Below are positions 19,919 through 29,183 of a stretch of 54,408 nucleotides of DNA, piece after piece (the first letter of the stretch is position 1; each line of letters begins with the position of its first letter). Origin of the DNA: Planctomycetota bacterium (GTDB lineage Bacteria; Planctomycetota; UBA1135; UBA2386); the NCBI GenBank assembly GCA_029936315.1, contig JAPYTD010000022.1:5526-59933 (forward strand), given 5' to 3'. A program made the position numbers and the translations under genes. The notes beneath the pieces are model-generated. The model saw nothing but the letters and a program-made list of their open reading frames with translations, ran no database searches and had not been told where the DNA came from.

Positions 19919-21574
19919 ATGGCCCAACTAGATGGTGTCGCGAAAAAGATCGTTCGGGTGATGTGGTGGCTCCTTGCCGCCTTGCCGATTGCTGCCGCGT
20001 GCTATTGGGCATCGTTCGCAGCCCGCATGCCCGAGGCATTGGCGAATCGCATCTCGCTGGGCGAAGTGACGCCGCGTTGGGAGATCGAGGAATGGACCAA
20101 CGTGGTATCAGAACCAATGCACGTGCTGGCAAGGCTATTGCACTTGACGGCGCTGCAGATCCCAGGCGCGACGATTGCGTCCGTTGTCTGGGTCAACGTG
20201 GTATTGGCGCTGGTGCTCGTCGTATTGCTCGTCGACGTCTTGCGACGTGCGTTCCCCACGACCGGTAGTGCTGGGCCCCTGGCGTTCCTGGTATTCGGCT
20301 TGTTGGTGGCATCGCCTTCGTTCGGCACCAATTGGCTGCACGGCCAGCGGGTCGGCATCTTCGCGGTGCCCGTGCTGTTTGTCCTGGCGTTGACGTGGTT
20401 GCAGACCAACAAGACCGCGCGCATCGTGATGGCGTTCGTGTTGGCCGGTCTCGCGCCATGGTTTCATGTGCACGGTGCGATCGTTGCGATTGCCCTGATT
20501 CCAGCGACGCTCTGTGCGACTACGGCCGTTGCTAGCCAGCGTCGCATGGTTTGGATCGGCGTGTTGCTGCTGCTGGGCGTTGTCGGAGCGATCCTTACCA
20601 TGCAACCAAACGGTGGCTTGGCGGCTGTCGGAGCCGATTGGTTGGGTTCGTTGACGTCGGATCCGAAAGCAACAGTGCTGGCCCTGATGACCGCGACCGG
20701 CAACTTGTGGCTAGACCTGTTGCCCGGAACGGACGTCGATGCGCAAGCGTTCGGTATTGTCAGTTGGTTGATGCCGGTGGCTCTCTTGCGGTTGGGCAAC
20801 CGTTCCCCGGAGGCGCGCGCCGCTGCGGCACCGTGGTGGAGCTGCTGGTTGTTTGGCCTGCTGATCGTTGTCGTGAATGCCATTCGCTACGATTTGGATC
20901 CCGCGGCCGGCACCTTGCGGGAAGCGATGTTCGGCGCATTCTTGTTGCCGATTGGATTGCTGGGTGTGCTCGCAGCGCGATTCGGACCGGGCGTGTTGAC
21001 GCTGGCGGCTGGCGCAATTGCTGTTCTTGCGGTGCAGGATTGGCGCGATGGCATCGAGGACTTTCGCATTGCGCATTTGCGCGCGGAGCAAGTCGAAGCC
21101 TTGACCATTGTCCCAGAGTCGGTAAGTGCTGGTGCCGCCTTACCGACGCGAACTGCCGAGCAGTTTGCCACCCTCGTCAAGAACGGTTGGGTGCCGGGTG
21201 CCACTCCGGTCAAAGTCGATGACGTGTTCGCGCAGTTCGAAGAGTACGCGGCACCTGGCCTCGGTGTCTTGTCTGGCGGTAGGAGTGACTTGGTCACGGG
21301 ATCGCTGCGCACGTCATTGCGCGCGCCCGGTGTCCAGTGGATTGCGCTCGTTGGTCGGGTGGCGGATGAGCCGCTGCGCATCCTTGGCTACATGTGGCCA
21401 CGCTATGTGAGCAAGAACCGCGATGTGCAGTGGCAGATCGCACCATCTCCAGCCCTGGTCGATGGCGTGCATATTCGAGCGGTGGGCCTACTCGTTCGAG
21501 AACGCAAATTGGTGACGCTTGGTCAGGAGTTCATCATGTTTGACGGGGCGCTCGTCTCAGCCAACGGTGGCTGA
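19919..21574 (+). CDS. Polytopic membrane protein of unknown function
   Basis: 551 aa with about 10-12 hydrophobic segments followed by a soluble C-terminal domain. Confidence 0.7.
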   Translation: MAQLDGVAKKIVRVMWWLLAALPIAAACYWASFAARMPEALANRISLGEVTPRWEIEEWTNVVSEPMHVLARLLHLTALQIPGATIASVVWVNVVLALVLVVLLVDVLRRAFPTTGSAGPLAFLVFGLLVASPSFGTNWLHGQRVGIFAVPVLFVLALTWLQTNKTARIVMAFVLAGLAPWFHVHGAIVAIALIPATLCATTAVASQRRMVWIGVLLLLGVVGAILTMQPNGGLAAVGADWLGSLTSDPKATVLALMTATGNLWLDLLPGTDVDAQAFGIVSWLMPVALLRLGNRSPEARAAAAPWWSCWLFGLLIVVVNAIRYDLDPAAGTLREAMFGAFLLPIGLLGVLAARFGPGVLTLAAGAIAVLAVQDWRDGIEDFRIAHLRAEQVEALTIVPESVSAGAALPTRTAEQFATLVKNGWVPGATPVKVDDVFAQFEEYAAPGLGVLSGGRSDLVTGSLRTSLRAPGVQWIALVGRVADEPLRILGYMWPRYVSKNRDVQWQIAPSPALVDGVHIRAVGLLVRERKLVTLGQEFIMFDGALVSANGG

Positions 21575-21631
21575 GATGGCGATGAAGTTCGCCTGCAGCA
21601 CTGTTGCACCGCCGCAACTTCGTTGCTGTGA

Positions 21632-22606
21632 CTAGCGGTTGGCGACGACTTCGGCGATCGCCTTGGTCAGTGCGGGCACGACTTCGAACGCATCGCCGAC
21701 GATGCCAAAGTCGGCGACCTTGAAGATTGGCGCGTCGGCGTCTTTGTTGATCGCAACGATTGTGCCTGCGGTACGCATGCCGGCGAGGTGCTGGATGGCG
21801 CCACTGATGCCAATGGCGAAGTAGAGCGGCGGACTTACGACCTTGCCGGTTTGGCCAACCTGCTCGGAGTGCGGACGCCAGCCGGCATCGACGACGGCGC
21901 GCGAAGCACCAACTGCTGCGACACCGGGCCCAAATGCCGCGGCGAGCTCTTCGATGAGCTTGAACTTCTCGGGCGCCTTGAGGCCGCGACCGCCTGCGAC
22001 GACGACCTTGGCTTCGGCCAGAGGTGTTGTGCCGCCACCGGCAGCGATGATCTCCTTGACCACCGACAGCATGTCGCCGCTCGGGGCGTCGACCTTGGCG
22101 ACTTCGCCGCTGCTACCGCTGGCAGCTTCGAAGTTGTTCGGGCGAATCGTCGCGCAGAACGGCGACTTCGTGGCTCTGATGGTCATCGTGGCCTTGCCGC
22201 CAAACACCGGCTTCCGGGCTCCGAACGTGCCGTCATCGCAGCTGACCGAGACCACGTCGGTGATGACACCGGTGTCGAGCAGGCCCGAGACACGCGGCAG
22301 CAGGTCCTTACCCATGGCCGTGTGCGCCATAAGCACGGCGGCACCGTTGTTGGCCTTGACCTGCTCCACGATGGCCTTGGCCCACGCGTCGCCGGAGTAA
22401 TTTGCAAAGCCCGCGCCATCGATGGCGATGACCTTGCTGGTGCCAGCGAGTTCGCTGGTTGCGGCGTCGATACCGTTGCCGCAGGCAATGGCGATGACCT
22501 GGCCACCGCTCGCGGTTGCGAGTTGCTGGGCGGCAGTGATTGCTTCGAGGGACGGGCGCTTCAGGGATCCGCCGCGGACCTCAGCGATGACGATGATGTT
22601 GCTCAT
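21632..22606 (-). CDS. etfA: Electron transfer flavoprotein alpha subunit
   Basis: [44 protein letters not shown]. Confidence 0.97.
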   Translation of the reverse strand: MSNIIVIAEVRGGSLKRPSLEAITAAQQLATASGGQVIAIACGNGIDAATSELAGTSKVIAIDGAGFANYSGDAWAKAIVEQVKANNGAAVLMAHTAMGKDLLPRVSGLLDTGVITDVVSVSCDDGTFGARKPVFGGKATMTIRATKSPFCATIRPNNFEAASGSSGEVAKVDAPSGDMLSVVKEIIAAGGGTTPLAEAKVVVAGGRGLKAPEKFKLIEELAAAFGPGVAAVGASRAVVDAGWRPHSEQVGQTGKVVSPPLYFAIGISGAIQHLAGMRTAGTIVAINKDADAPIFKVADFGIVGDAFEVVPALTKAIAEVVANR

Positions 22607-22626
22607 TGTTGATGTCTCCGTGCGGA

Positions 22627-23379
22627 TTAGATGACCTTGGCTTCGTTGCGCAGCGCTTCGATTAGCGCCGGCACTGCATCGGCACCTTCGCCGATGATCC
22701 TGCCTTCGGCGCGCGCCGGTGGCAGTTCGAGAGATACGATCTCCATCGCTGGAGTCGGCAAGTCGGCGGCGCTCACTTCGAGCGGCTTCTTCTTGGCCCC
22801 CATGATGCCCTTGAGGTTGGCGTAGCGCGGCTCGTTGAGGCCCTTGTTGCAGCTGATTACCGCTGGGGTCTTGCAGGTCACGATTTCGCGTGCACCTTCA
22901 ATGTCGCGCTCCGCCGTGAACGTGTCGTCGGCCACTTCGAGCTTGTTGACTTCGGTGATGCAGGCAAAGCCAAGGCGCGCGGCGAGGTTGCCGGGAAGCT
23001 GGTTGTTGTCCGAGTCGACCGCCTGCTTGCCGCAGAGCACGAGCTGGCACGGGTTGGCCGCGAGCCAGGTCGCGAGAGTTTGCGCCGTCGCTGCACCGTC
23101 GTAGATCCAATCGTCGGTCGTCAGCAGCACCGCCTTGTCGGCTCCGCGGGCGAGCGCGTCGCGCATCACCTTCTGGGCGAGCTCCGGCCCGATCGTAAGA
23201 GCGGTCACGGTGCCTGTGCCCAGCTGCTCCTTGATGCGCAGGGCCTGCTCTAGGGCAAACTCGTCGTACGCGTTCATCTCGAACGACACGCCAGTGGTTT
23301 CGATTGATTTACCGTCGGCGGCAATCTTGATGGTCGTGTCGGTCGCGGGAACGCGCTTGATGCAGACTACAATGTCCAT
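22627..23379 (-). CDS. etfB: Electron transfer flavoprotein beta subunit
   Basis: IVVCIKRVP, MNAYDEFALE, CGKQAVDSD, NEPRYANLKGIMGAKKKP. Confidence 0.97.
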   Translation of the reverse strand: MDIVVCIKRVPATDTTIKIAADGKSIETTGVSFEMNAYDEFALEQALRIKEQLGTGTVTALTIGPELAQKVMRDALARGADKAVLLTTDDWIYDGAATAQTLATWLAANPCQLVLCGKQAVDSDNNQLPGNLAARLGFACITEVNKLEVADDTFTAERDIEGAREIVTCKTPAVISCNKGLNEPRYANLKGIMGAKKKPLEVSAADLPTPAMEIVSLELPPARAEGRIIGEGADAVPALIEALRNEAKVI

Positions 23380-23820
23380 GGTCGGCTTAGGGGTGCTCGG
23401 AAAATGCGGGCGAACAGTCTACCGATGGCAACCGCGGGGTCGACCTCAAATTGCGTGCGGTTGCGGCCAGAATAGTCGCTGCCCCCAATTCCCTCGCTTC
23501 AGCCAGCGATGGCAGCGGCGGAAGCGCCGAGTCAGACCGAGTCGAGGCCGTTGATCCAGCAGGGTCGGGTTGGATCTCTGCCCGGTCGCATCATTGGGCC
23601 CGGCACCGAGATGGCATCGATGGTATGGGGGGCGAGGCGGTCGGGCAGTTCGGGACGATACGGCGGCAGCAGCAGCGCCGCCTCGATCTGGTCGGTCATG
23701 TGCATGGCCGCTGGGATCAATGCCGCGAGGTCTTCGTCGCTGCCACCGAGCTTATGCTACCTTGGGCAGTCTTCGCGAAGCGAAGGAGTCATTGGCCGAG
23801 CGTGGTTTCTGCGCGGACTC

Positions 23821-23847
23821 TCAAGTGGTCGCCGCCGCTGCCTATGA
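23821..23847 (+). promoter_or_regulatory. Putative sigma-28 (FliA)-type promoter
   Basis: TCAA-N15-GCCTATGA versus consensus TAAA-N15-GCCGATAA, 33 bp upstream of the FlgM-like gene. Confidence 0.5.
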
Positions 23848-23880
23848 TCTCTCAGAGAACCAGACGCACTGGGGTCCCAC

Positions 23881-24189
23881 ATGGACATTCGAAACATAGG
23901 TAACAACGGCCAAATCGATCGCCCGGGTGAGCGCGGACAGCGTTCGGAGCCCAAGACGGTTGTGCTGACTCCATTCGTTGCCAAGGACGATGCCCAGATC
24001 AGTTCGGTTGGTCGTGCGACCGCCGCCAAGGTAGATCAGCTCGCGAAGACCGCGCGTGGTCAAGAAGGCGATCGTGACGCGCTGGTGGAAGCGGCTCGTG
24101 AAAAGCTGCTATCGGGTGAGCTTGACACCAATGAGGTCTTTGCAGCGACCGCTGAGAACCTCGCGAACTGCGGTTTCCTCAGCGTTTAG
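23881..24189 (+). CDS. FlgM-like anti-sigma-28 factor
   Basis: 102 aa; MDI start, DDAQIS motif and DRDALVEAAREKLLSGEL resemble FlgM D-x-V-x-IS and R-x-x-x-V-x-x-x-K-x-x-I-x-x-G-x-Y. Confidence 0.6.
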   Translation: MDIRNIGNNGQIDRPGERGQRSEPKTVVLTPFVAKDDAQISSVGRATAAKVDQLAKTARGQEGDRDALVEAAREKLLSGELDTNEVFAATAENLANCGFLSV

Positions 24190-24384
24190 TCACGCTTTGC
24201 GCCGCTGGTGTCTTTGGCGTTGGGCCACGGCAAAAATCGACAGGGTGTCTTCGGCTTTGTTACAGACAAGCAGCCGGTCGCCGGCGGGCGGCGGTGGCGT
24301 AGAAAGTTGCCGGGGTTGTGGTTCCTGGGCCATTGCTGGTATCGCAAGGCAGGCCAGGAACATGAGGCCGTTGGGGCGAAGCAT
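24190..24384 (-). pseudogene. 5' stub of a secreted YVTN/YncE-type beta-propeller gene
   Basis: Signal peptide MLRPNGLMFLACLAIPAMAQ, then one blade start RLLVCNKAEDTLSIF, then stop after 64 aa. Confidence 0.5.
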
Positions 24385-24498
24385 GGCCGCTTCTACGCCG
24401 TCTTGGCTGCGCCTGTGAGCGAGACAGTGGATTCGTCGAGGGGCTTGGTGCAAACGCCTTGGTGGCTACAGTCTTGTGGCCCCCTCTCCGCCCGCCGA

Positions 24499-26583
24499 AT
24501 GCACTTCTTATCGACACTCCGCGATGTGCCGCTGACCGCAGCGGCATTGCTGGCGTTCGCCTCATCAGGCACATATGTGTGCGCGCAAGCACCCGGGCAG
24601 TCGCCCCAAGGTGAAGCCGTTTTGGATGACAAGGCTGCCGCTGCGGCCGCGCTGACCAAGCGCGTCGAGAAGGCGATCGCCGACTACGAAACTGTTCGCA
24701 AGGCGGAGATGAAGTCGAAGGGCAAGGGCAAGGCGAAGATGCGCCGTCGATTGCTCGGTTGGCTCGGGGAGATCGATGATCCGCGCGTGACGGAGTATCT
24801 CGCGAAGGAACTCAAGAAGTATGCGCGGGCGACCTGGGCGACGCACATCCTCGAAGCGATGGGCAAAGTGCCGCGCCCTGACCTTGAGCTCTTGTTGTTC
24901 AAGGTCGCAGGTAGTGCAGCTTCGCCGCATCCGGTTCGGGTTGCGGCGACGACCCAGATCATGAGCCTCGGCACCAAGGCGAGCTCGGAACTGCTGGATC
25001 TTGCGACCGAAGTGAAGAATGGCGGGGTGCGCTTGAGCGTGCTGACTGGCTTGTGCAAGAGTGAGTCGCCGCAAGTGTTGCGCAAGCTCGCCAAGTTGAT
25101 CCTCGCCGGTGATCATGCGCATCGTCTGATGATGCTGCGCGCGACGCGGTCGTCGCAAGGCAGTAGGCGCATCGATGACGCGCGCGTCAAGTGCGTCAAG
25201 GAAGGCAATCTGGTTGTCTCGGCAACAGCCTGGCGAATCTTGGTGGATCAAGGCCACAAGCGTGCCAACAACCTGACGCTTGACGTGCTGGAACGCGTGT
25301 TCGACAAGCCGGACGCCGTGTCGGCTGCCGAACTTGTTCGCGGCTTGGTGTTGGTCGGTGATACCGACTTCTTCCCCGCGATCCTGCGCTTCGGCGCGAC
25401 GCGCAGTGGCGTCGTCAAATCGGCGCTTCGTGCCATTGCTCCCGTTGCTGGCAAGAACCGGGAACTGGTTCAGTTCTTGATCGAGGAAGGTCTCGAAGCC
25501 GAAGGGCCTGGGCAGCGCGGTGTCGCAAAGATCTTGCTCATGGACGCGCCGCCAGAAGCCGTTGCACCGCTCGTCGCGAAGGTGCGAGCGCAGCTAAAGC
25601 GCAACCGTCGGCAAGTGCTCGAGAGCGCGGCGGGCCTGCATGACCTACTCAAGAAGGATCCGACCTGGGTGCAGGATCTGGTTGCCTTGGCAGCGGCTTC
25701 GGACCTCGAGAGCCGTTTGCTTGGCCTCGCGATGTTGCTCGAGATGGAGTCGCCCGCGGCGATTTCGTATGCCCAGAAGTACCTCAGGCACAGTGCCTGG
25801 GAACTGCGCTCGCTGTCGATCCGCTACCTCACCAAGTGCCGTGACGTGACGACGATCCCGCTGTTGATTGCGCGCTACAGCAGCGAAAAGGGGCGGTTGG
25901 CGCACGAGTTGAGCACGGCGTTGTTCGTGCACACAGGCACACGTTGCTGGAAAATGTCCGAGTGGAGTAGGTGGTGGCGCAAGCACAAGGTTGGCTTCGC
26001 GTTGCCTCACCCCGAGAGCGTCAAGGGCGGAGGTGGTACGTCTGGTGGCAAGACGATCAGTTACTACGACATCCCGCTTGTCAGTTCGCGCATTGCGTTC
26101 TTGGTCGACCACAGCGGTTCGATGGGTGCCAAGGTCGGCACCGACCGGAAGCACAATCGCCTCGACATGGCGAAGGAGCAGCTTGTCGCGGTCGTCAAGT
26201 CGCTACCGAAGACGCACAAGGTCAACCTGATCGAGTTCGACTCGGACGTCAATCGCATCTGGCGTGATATCAGGCGACTGAGCAACGTCAACCGCGAGGA
26301 GCTGCTCGATTTCGTCGAGAAGATGAAGGTCGCTGGCGGCACCAACACCTACGGCGCGTTGATGTTGGCCATGGAGGACCCGGACGTCGACACGATCTAC
26401 TTACTGACCGATGGTCAGCCGTCGGCCGGCGAGATCACCGATCCAGATGATATCCTAGATGCCGTGCAGCGCGAGAATCGCACCCGCCAGATCGTCATCC
26501 ACTGCATCTCGATCGGGCTTGATTCAACGCTACTGCAGGATCTGGCGGCGCTGACTGGCGGCGTCTACAAGTACGTTCGTTAG
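24499..26583 (+). CDS. Secreted HEAT-repeat / VWA-domain protein (paralog of 17..1852)
   Basis: Signal-like N-terminus, helical repeats, W-x-x-WW motif, VWA DHSGSM, GGTNTYGAL, YLLTDGQP; start placed at ATG 24499. Confidence 0.8.
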   Translation: MHFLSTLRDVPLTAAALLAFASSGTYVCAQAPGQSPQGEAVLDDKAAAAAALTKRVEKAIADYETVRKAEMKSKGKGKAKMRRRLLGWLGEIDDPRVTEYLAKELKKYARATWATHILEAMGKVPRPDLELLLFKVAGSAASPHPVRVAATTQIMSLGTKASSELLDLATEVKNGGVRLSVLTGLCKSESPQVLRKLAKLILAGDHAHRLMMLRATRSSQGSRRIDDARVKCVKEGNLVVSATAWRILVDQGHKRANNLTLDVLERVFDKPDAVSAAELVRGLVLVGDTDFFPAILRFGATRSGVVKSALRAIAPVAGKNRELVQFLIEEGLEAEGPGQRGVAKILLMDAPPEAVAPLVAKVRAQLKRNRRQVLESAAGLHDLLKKDPTWVQDLVALAAASDLESRLLGLAMLLEMESPAAISYAQKYLRHSAWELRSLSIRYLTKCRDVTTIPLLIARYSSEKGRLAHELSTALFVHTGTRCWKMSEWSRWWRKHKVGFALPHPESVKGGGGTSGGKTISYYDIPLVSSRIAFLVDHSGSMGAKVGTDRKHNRLDMAKEQLVAVVKSLPKTHKVNLIEFDSDVNRIWRDIRRLSNVNREELLDFVEKMKVAGGTNTYGALMLAMEDPDVDTIYLLTDGQPSAGEITDPDDILDAVQRENRTRQIVIHCISIGLDSTLLQDLAALTGGVYKYVR

Positions 26584-26667
26584 AACGGCAACTCGTTAGA
26601 GCGGCAAGCGACCTGCTTAGGCGCGCAAGGTGATCGCGCGCGCCATCGAACTACAGCGCGAAGGCGG

Positions 26668-26696
26668 TGAGCTGATCGCGTTGGCGGATCAGCTCA
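26668..26696. terminator. Hairpin between convergent genes
   Basis: TGAGCTGATC-N9-GATCAGCTCA perfect 10-bp stem; only a short U-rich run (minus strand precedes rather than follows), so terminator function is uncertain. Confidence 0.35.
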
Positions 26697-26708
26697 AGAA
26701 GTAGGCGT

Positions 26709-27527
26709 CTACCGCAGCGCGCTCTCAAGCGCCGTCGAGGCGTCGGTGCGCTCGTCGCGGTACTTGACGATCATCGGTGCCGCGATCTGCAGGCCGCGTT
26801 CTTTGGCGAACTCGCCACTCGCCGGGCGGGTCCCCGGAACCACGACGGCGTTGGCGGGCACTTCGCCGCGGCGCTCGACGCCGTGCACGAGATCGTAGAT
26901 CACGGTTGCGGCAGTCAAGGTTACGCCGGTGGCGAGCACGGCGCGTTCGCGCACGACAAAGCCCTCGAAAACGCCGCAGAGTGCGGCGACGAACACGTCG
27001 TCCTCGATGATAACCGGGCTGGCGTTGATCGGCTCGAGCACGCCACCGATCTGCGCGCCGGCGCTCAGGTGCACGTTCTTGCCGACTTGCGCACACGAAC
27101 CGACGAGCGCGTGGCTGTCGATCATCGTGCCCGAATCGACGTAGGCGCCGACGTTGACATAGGCCGGCGGCATGATCACGACGCCCGAGGAGACATACGC
27201 GCCGCGCCGAACGGACGTGCCGCCCGGCACCACCCGCACGAGGTCGGTCGGTTCGAATGAACGTGCCGGGTAGGACTCCTTGTCGAAGAATGGCGGTTGA
27301 CCGATGGGGCCCTGGCGCACGACATCGGCGTTCTTGAAGCCGGTCAGGATCGCGCGCTTGACCCACATCACTGCGTGCCAGTTGCCATCCCGTCCGCGCT
27401 CGGCTGCGCGGATGCGGCCAGACTCAAGGCCGCGCAATAGTTGTTCGTGGCTCTGTTGCCAGTCATCCTGGCTCGCCGGCGTGTCTTCACTGCGTTCGTA
27501 GAACGCCTGCAATTGTTCTTCAGACAT
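26709..27527 (-). CDS. dapD: Tetrahydrodipicolinate N-succinyltransferase
   Basis: WVKRAIL, FFDK, RVVPG, YVNVGAYVD, VGSCAQVGKNVHLS, GGVLEP. Confidence 0.95.
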   Translation of the reverse strand: MSEEQLQAFYERSEDTPASQDDWQQSHEQLLRGLESGRIRAAERGRDGNWHAVMWVKRAILTGFKNADVVRQGPIGQPPFFDKESYPARSFEPTDLVRVVPGGTSVRRGAYVSSGVVIMPPAYVNVGAYVDSGTMIDSHALVGSCAQVGKNVHLSAGAQIGGVLEPINASPVIIEDDVFVAALCGVFEGFVVRERAVLATGVTLTAATVIYDLVHGVERRGEVPANAVVVPGTRPASGEFAKERGLQIAAPMIVKYRDERTDASTALESALR

Positions 27528-28428
27528 GGATCGTGATGCTTCGGGTTTGTTGCAAGGCCATCTTCAGGATGGCTCGCGTCTCGTCAGTCGCGGGCAACAA
27601 AGGCAGTCGAGGGGCGGAGTAGGTCATGCCGGCAAGGGCAAGTGCCGCCTTGATCGGGATTGGGTTCGGTTCGAGGTTGAGCGCGTTTAGCAGCGGCAAC
27701 AGCGTTGCGAACTTTGCTTGTGCCGACGCGAGGTCGTCGTTGCGCGCGGCAATCAGCAATTCGCGCATGGCCTTGGGCACGACGTTGCCGGCAACGGACA
27801 CGAGGCCGTGACCGCCAACGGCGATCGTCGGCAACACTAACGCGTCATCACCGGCGAGCAGCGTGCGGCCCTCGGGGATCTCGGCGGCAATGCGCAAGAT
27901 CTGGTTCAGATCACCCGACGATTCTTTGAGCGCGACGACCGTGGGCACCTGCCACAGTTTCGTCATCGTCTCCGGGGTGAGGTTGACGCCAGTTCGCGAC
28001 GGTACGTTGTAGGCGATCAATGGCAACTCGGGCACCGCATCAGCGATCGCGGCGAAGTGTGCGACGATGCCGGCCTGGGTTGGTTTGGTGTACGGCGGCA
28101 CTGTGATCAACGCGCCATCGGCGCCACTATCCGCGGCTACGCGGGTCCACGTGCAGGTCGACTTGGTCGCTGATGTGCCCGTTCCGACGATCAGCTTGGC
28201 ATCGCCTCGATGCTCGGAAACGATCGCGACGACGCGTTGCCGTTCGCTCTCGTCGAGCATCGCTGCTTCGCCGGTGGAGCCGAGTGCTACCAAGAAGTCG
28301 ACGCCGCCGTGCACGACGTGTTGCACCAAACGAACGAGCCCTTCTTCGTCGATCTGGCCTTCGGGCAGAAACGGCGTCGCCAAGGCCACGCCAAATCCAC
28401 TGCCAAACAAGTTGCTCAAGTCGTTCAT
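27520..28428 (-). CDS. dapA: 4-hydroxy-tetrahydrodipicolinate synthase
   Basis: ALATPF, GSTGE, PPYTKPTQ, YNVPSRTG, ALKESSG, NPIPIK. Confidence 0.95.
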   Translation of the reverse strand: MNDLSNLFGSGFGVALATPFLPEGQIDEEGLVRLVQHVVHGGVDFLVALGSTGEAAMLDESERQRVVAIVSEHRGDAKLIVGTGTSATKSTCTWTRVAADSGADGALITVPPYTKPTQAGIVAHFAAIADAVPELPLIAYNVPSRTGVNLTPETMTKLWQVPTVVALKESSGDLNQILRIAAEIPEGRTLLAGDDALVLPTIAVGGHGLVSVAGNVVPKAMRELLIAARNDDLASAQAKFATLLPLLNALNLEPNPIPIKAALALAGMTYSAPRLPLLPATDETRAILKMALQQTRSITIHV

Positions 28429-29183
28429 GGTTGGTCTCCCATCAATCCTTCGAACAGTGGATCGAGAACCGAAGCCGACACGTTGTCCATTGTGAAGACG
28501 CCGGTCTTACCTTGGATCCAGTTTGCCGCCGTCAGCGCACCATCTGCGAACGCCAGCGGGCTGCGCGCCGTGTGGCGCAGTTCGAGCACTTCGGCCGGCG
28601 CATCGATGCCAACGCGGTGCTCGCTGTAAGTGTGGCCGGAGCGGATCACGGCGACGCTCAGTTCGTTCTGACCGACCGGACCGCCAATACGCCATGACTC
28701 CTTGCGCGGGCAGCCTTCGAGTATCGTTGCTGCCAGCAGCTTGGCCGTGCCCGACGGAGCGTCGTGCTTCTTGGCCTGGTGGTGCTCGACGATGTAGGGG
28801 TCGAGCAGTTCGTCGCGCGCCGCAAAACGTGCCATGACGAGACTCAGGCGACGCAGCATGGCTACGCCGAGTGAGAAGTTGGGTGCCGTGACGACACCGA
28901 TGTTGCTACCGACCCGCTCTTCGAGATCGGGCACGTGCCAGCCAGTGCTCCCGATGATCAGTGGCACCTTGTTGGTTAGCGCCCAATCGAGGCGTGCGGG
29001 CACCTGCGAGCCACTGGACGCCTCGATGATGGCGTCGACGTTCGCGTTGGGCGGAGTATCACGGGTGACCTGCCACGCCAGGCGGTCACCTAGGTGTTCG
29101 GCAATGGCCTGGCCGAGCCGGCCAGCTCCGAAGAGACCAATTCGAATGTCAGTTCGAATTGCGTTGGCACCAGGTGCGGTCAT
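28425..29183 (-). CDS. dapB: 4-hydroxy-tetrahydrodipicolinate reductase
   Basis: GAGRLG, GSTGW, APNFSLG, EHHQAKKHDAPSGTA, FADGAL. Confidence 0.93.
   Translation of the reverse strand: MTAPGANAIRTDIRIGLFGAGRLGQAIAEHLGDRLAWQVTRDTPPNANVDAIIEASSGSQVPARLDWALTNKVPLIIGSTGWHVPDLEERVGSNIGVVTAPNFSLGVAMLRRLSLVMARFAARDELLDPYIVEHHQAKKHDAPSGTAKLLAATILEGCPRKESWRIGGPVGQNELSVAVIRSGHTYSEHRVGIDAPAEVLELRHTARSPLAFADGALTAANWIQGKTGVFTMDNVSASVLDPLFEGLMGDQP

Noticed and set aside
23500-23760. Protein-like minus-strand frame between etfB and the FlgM-like gene
   Set aside because: Could be a decayed gene, but no family motif or clear start; not supportable without a search.
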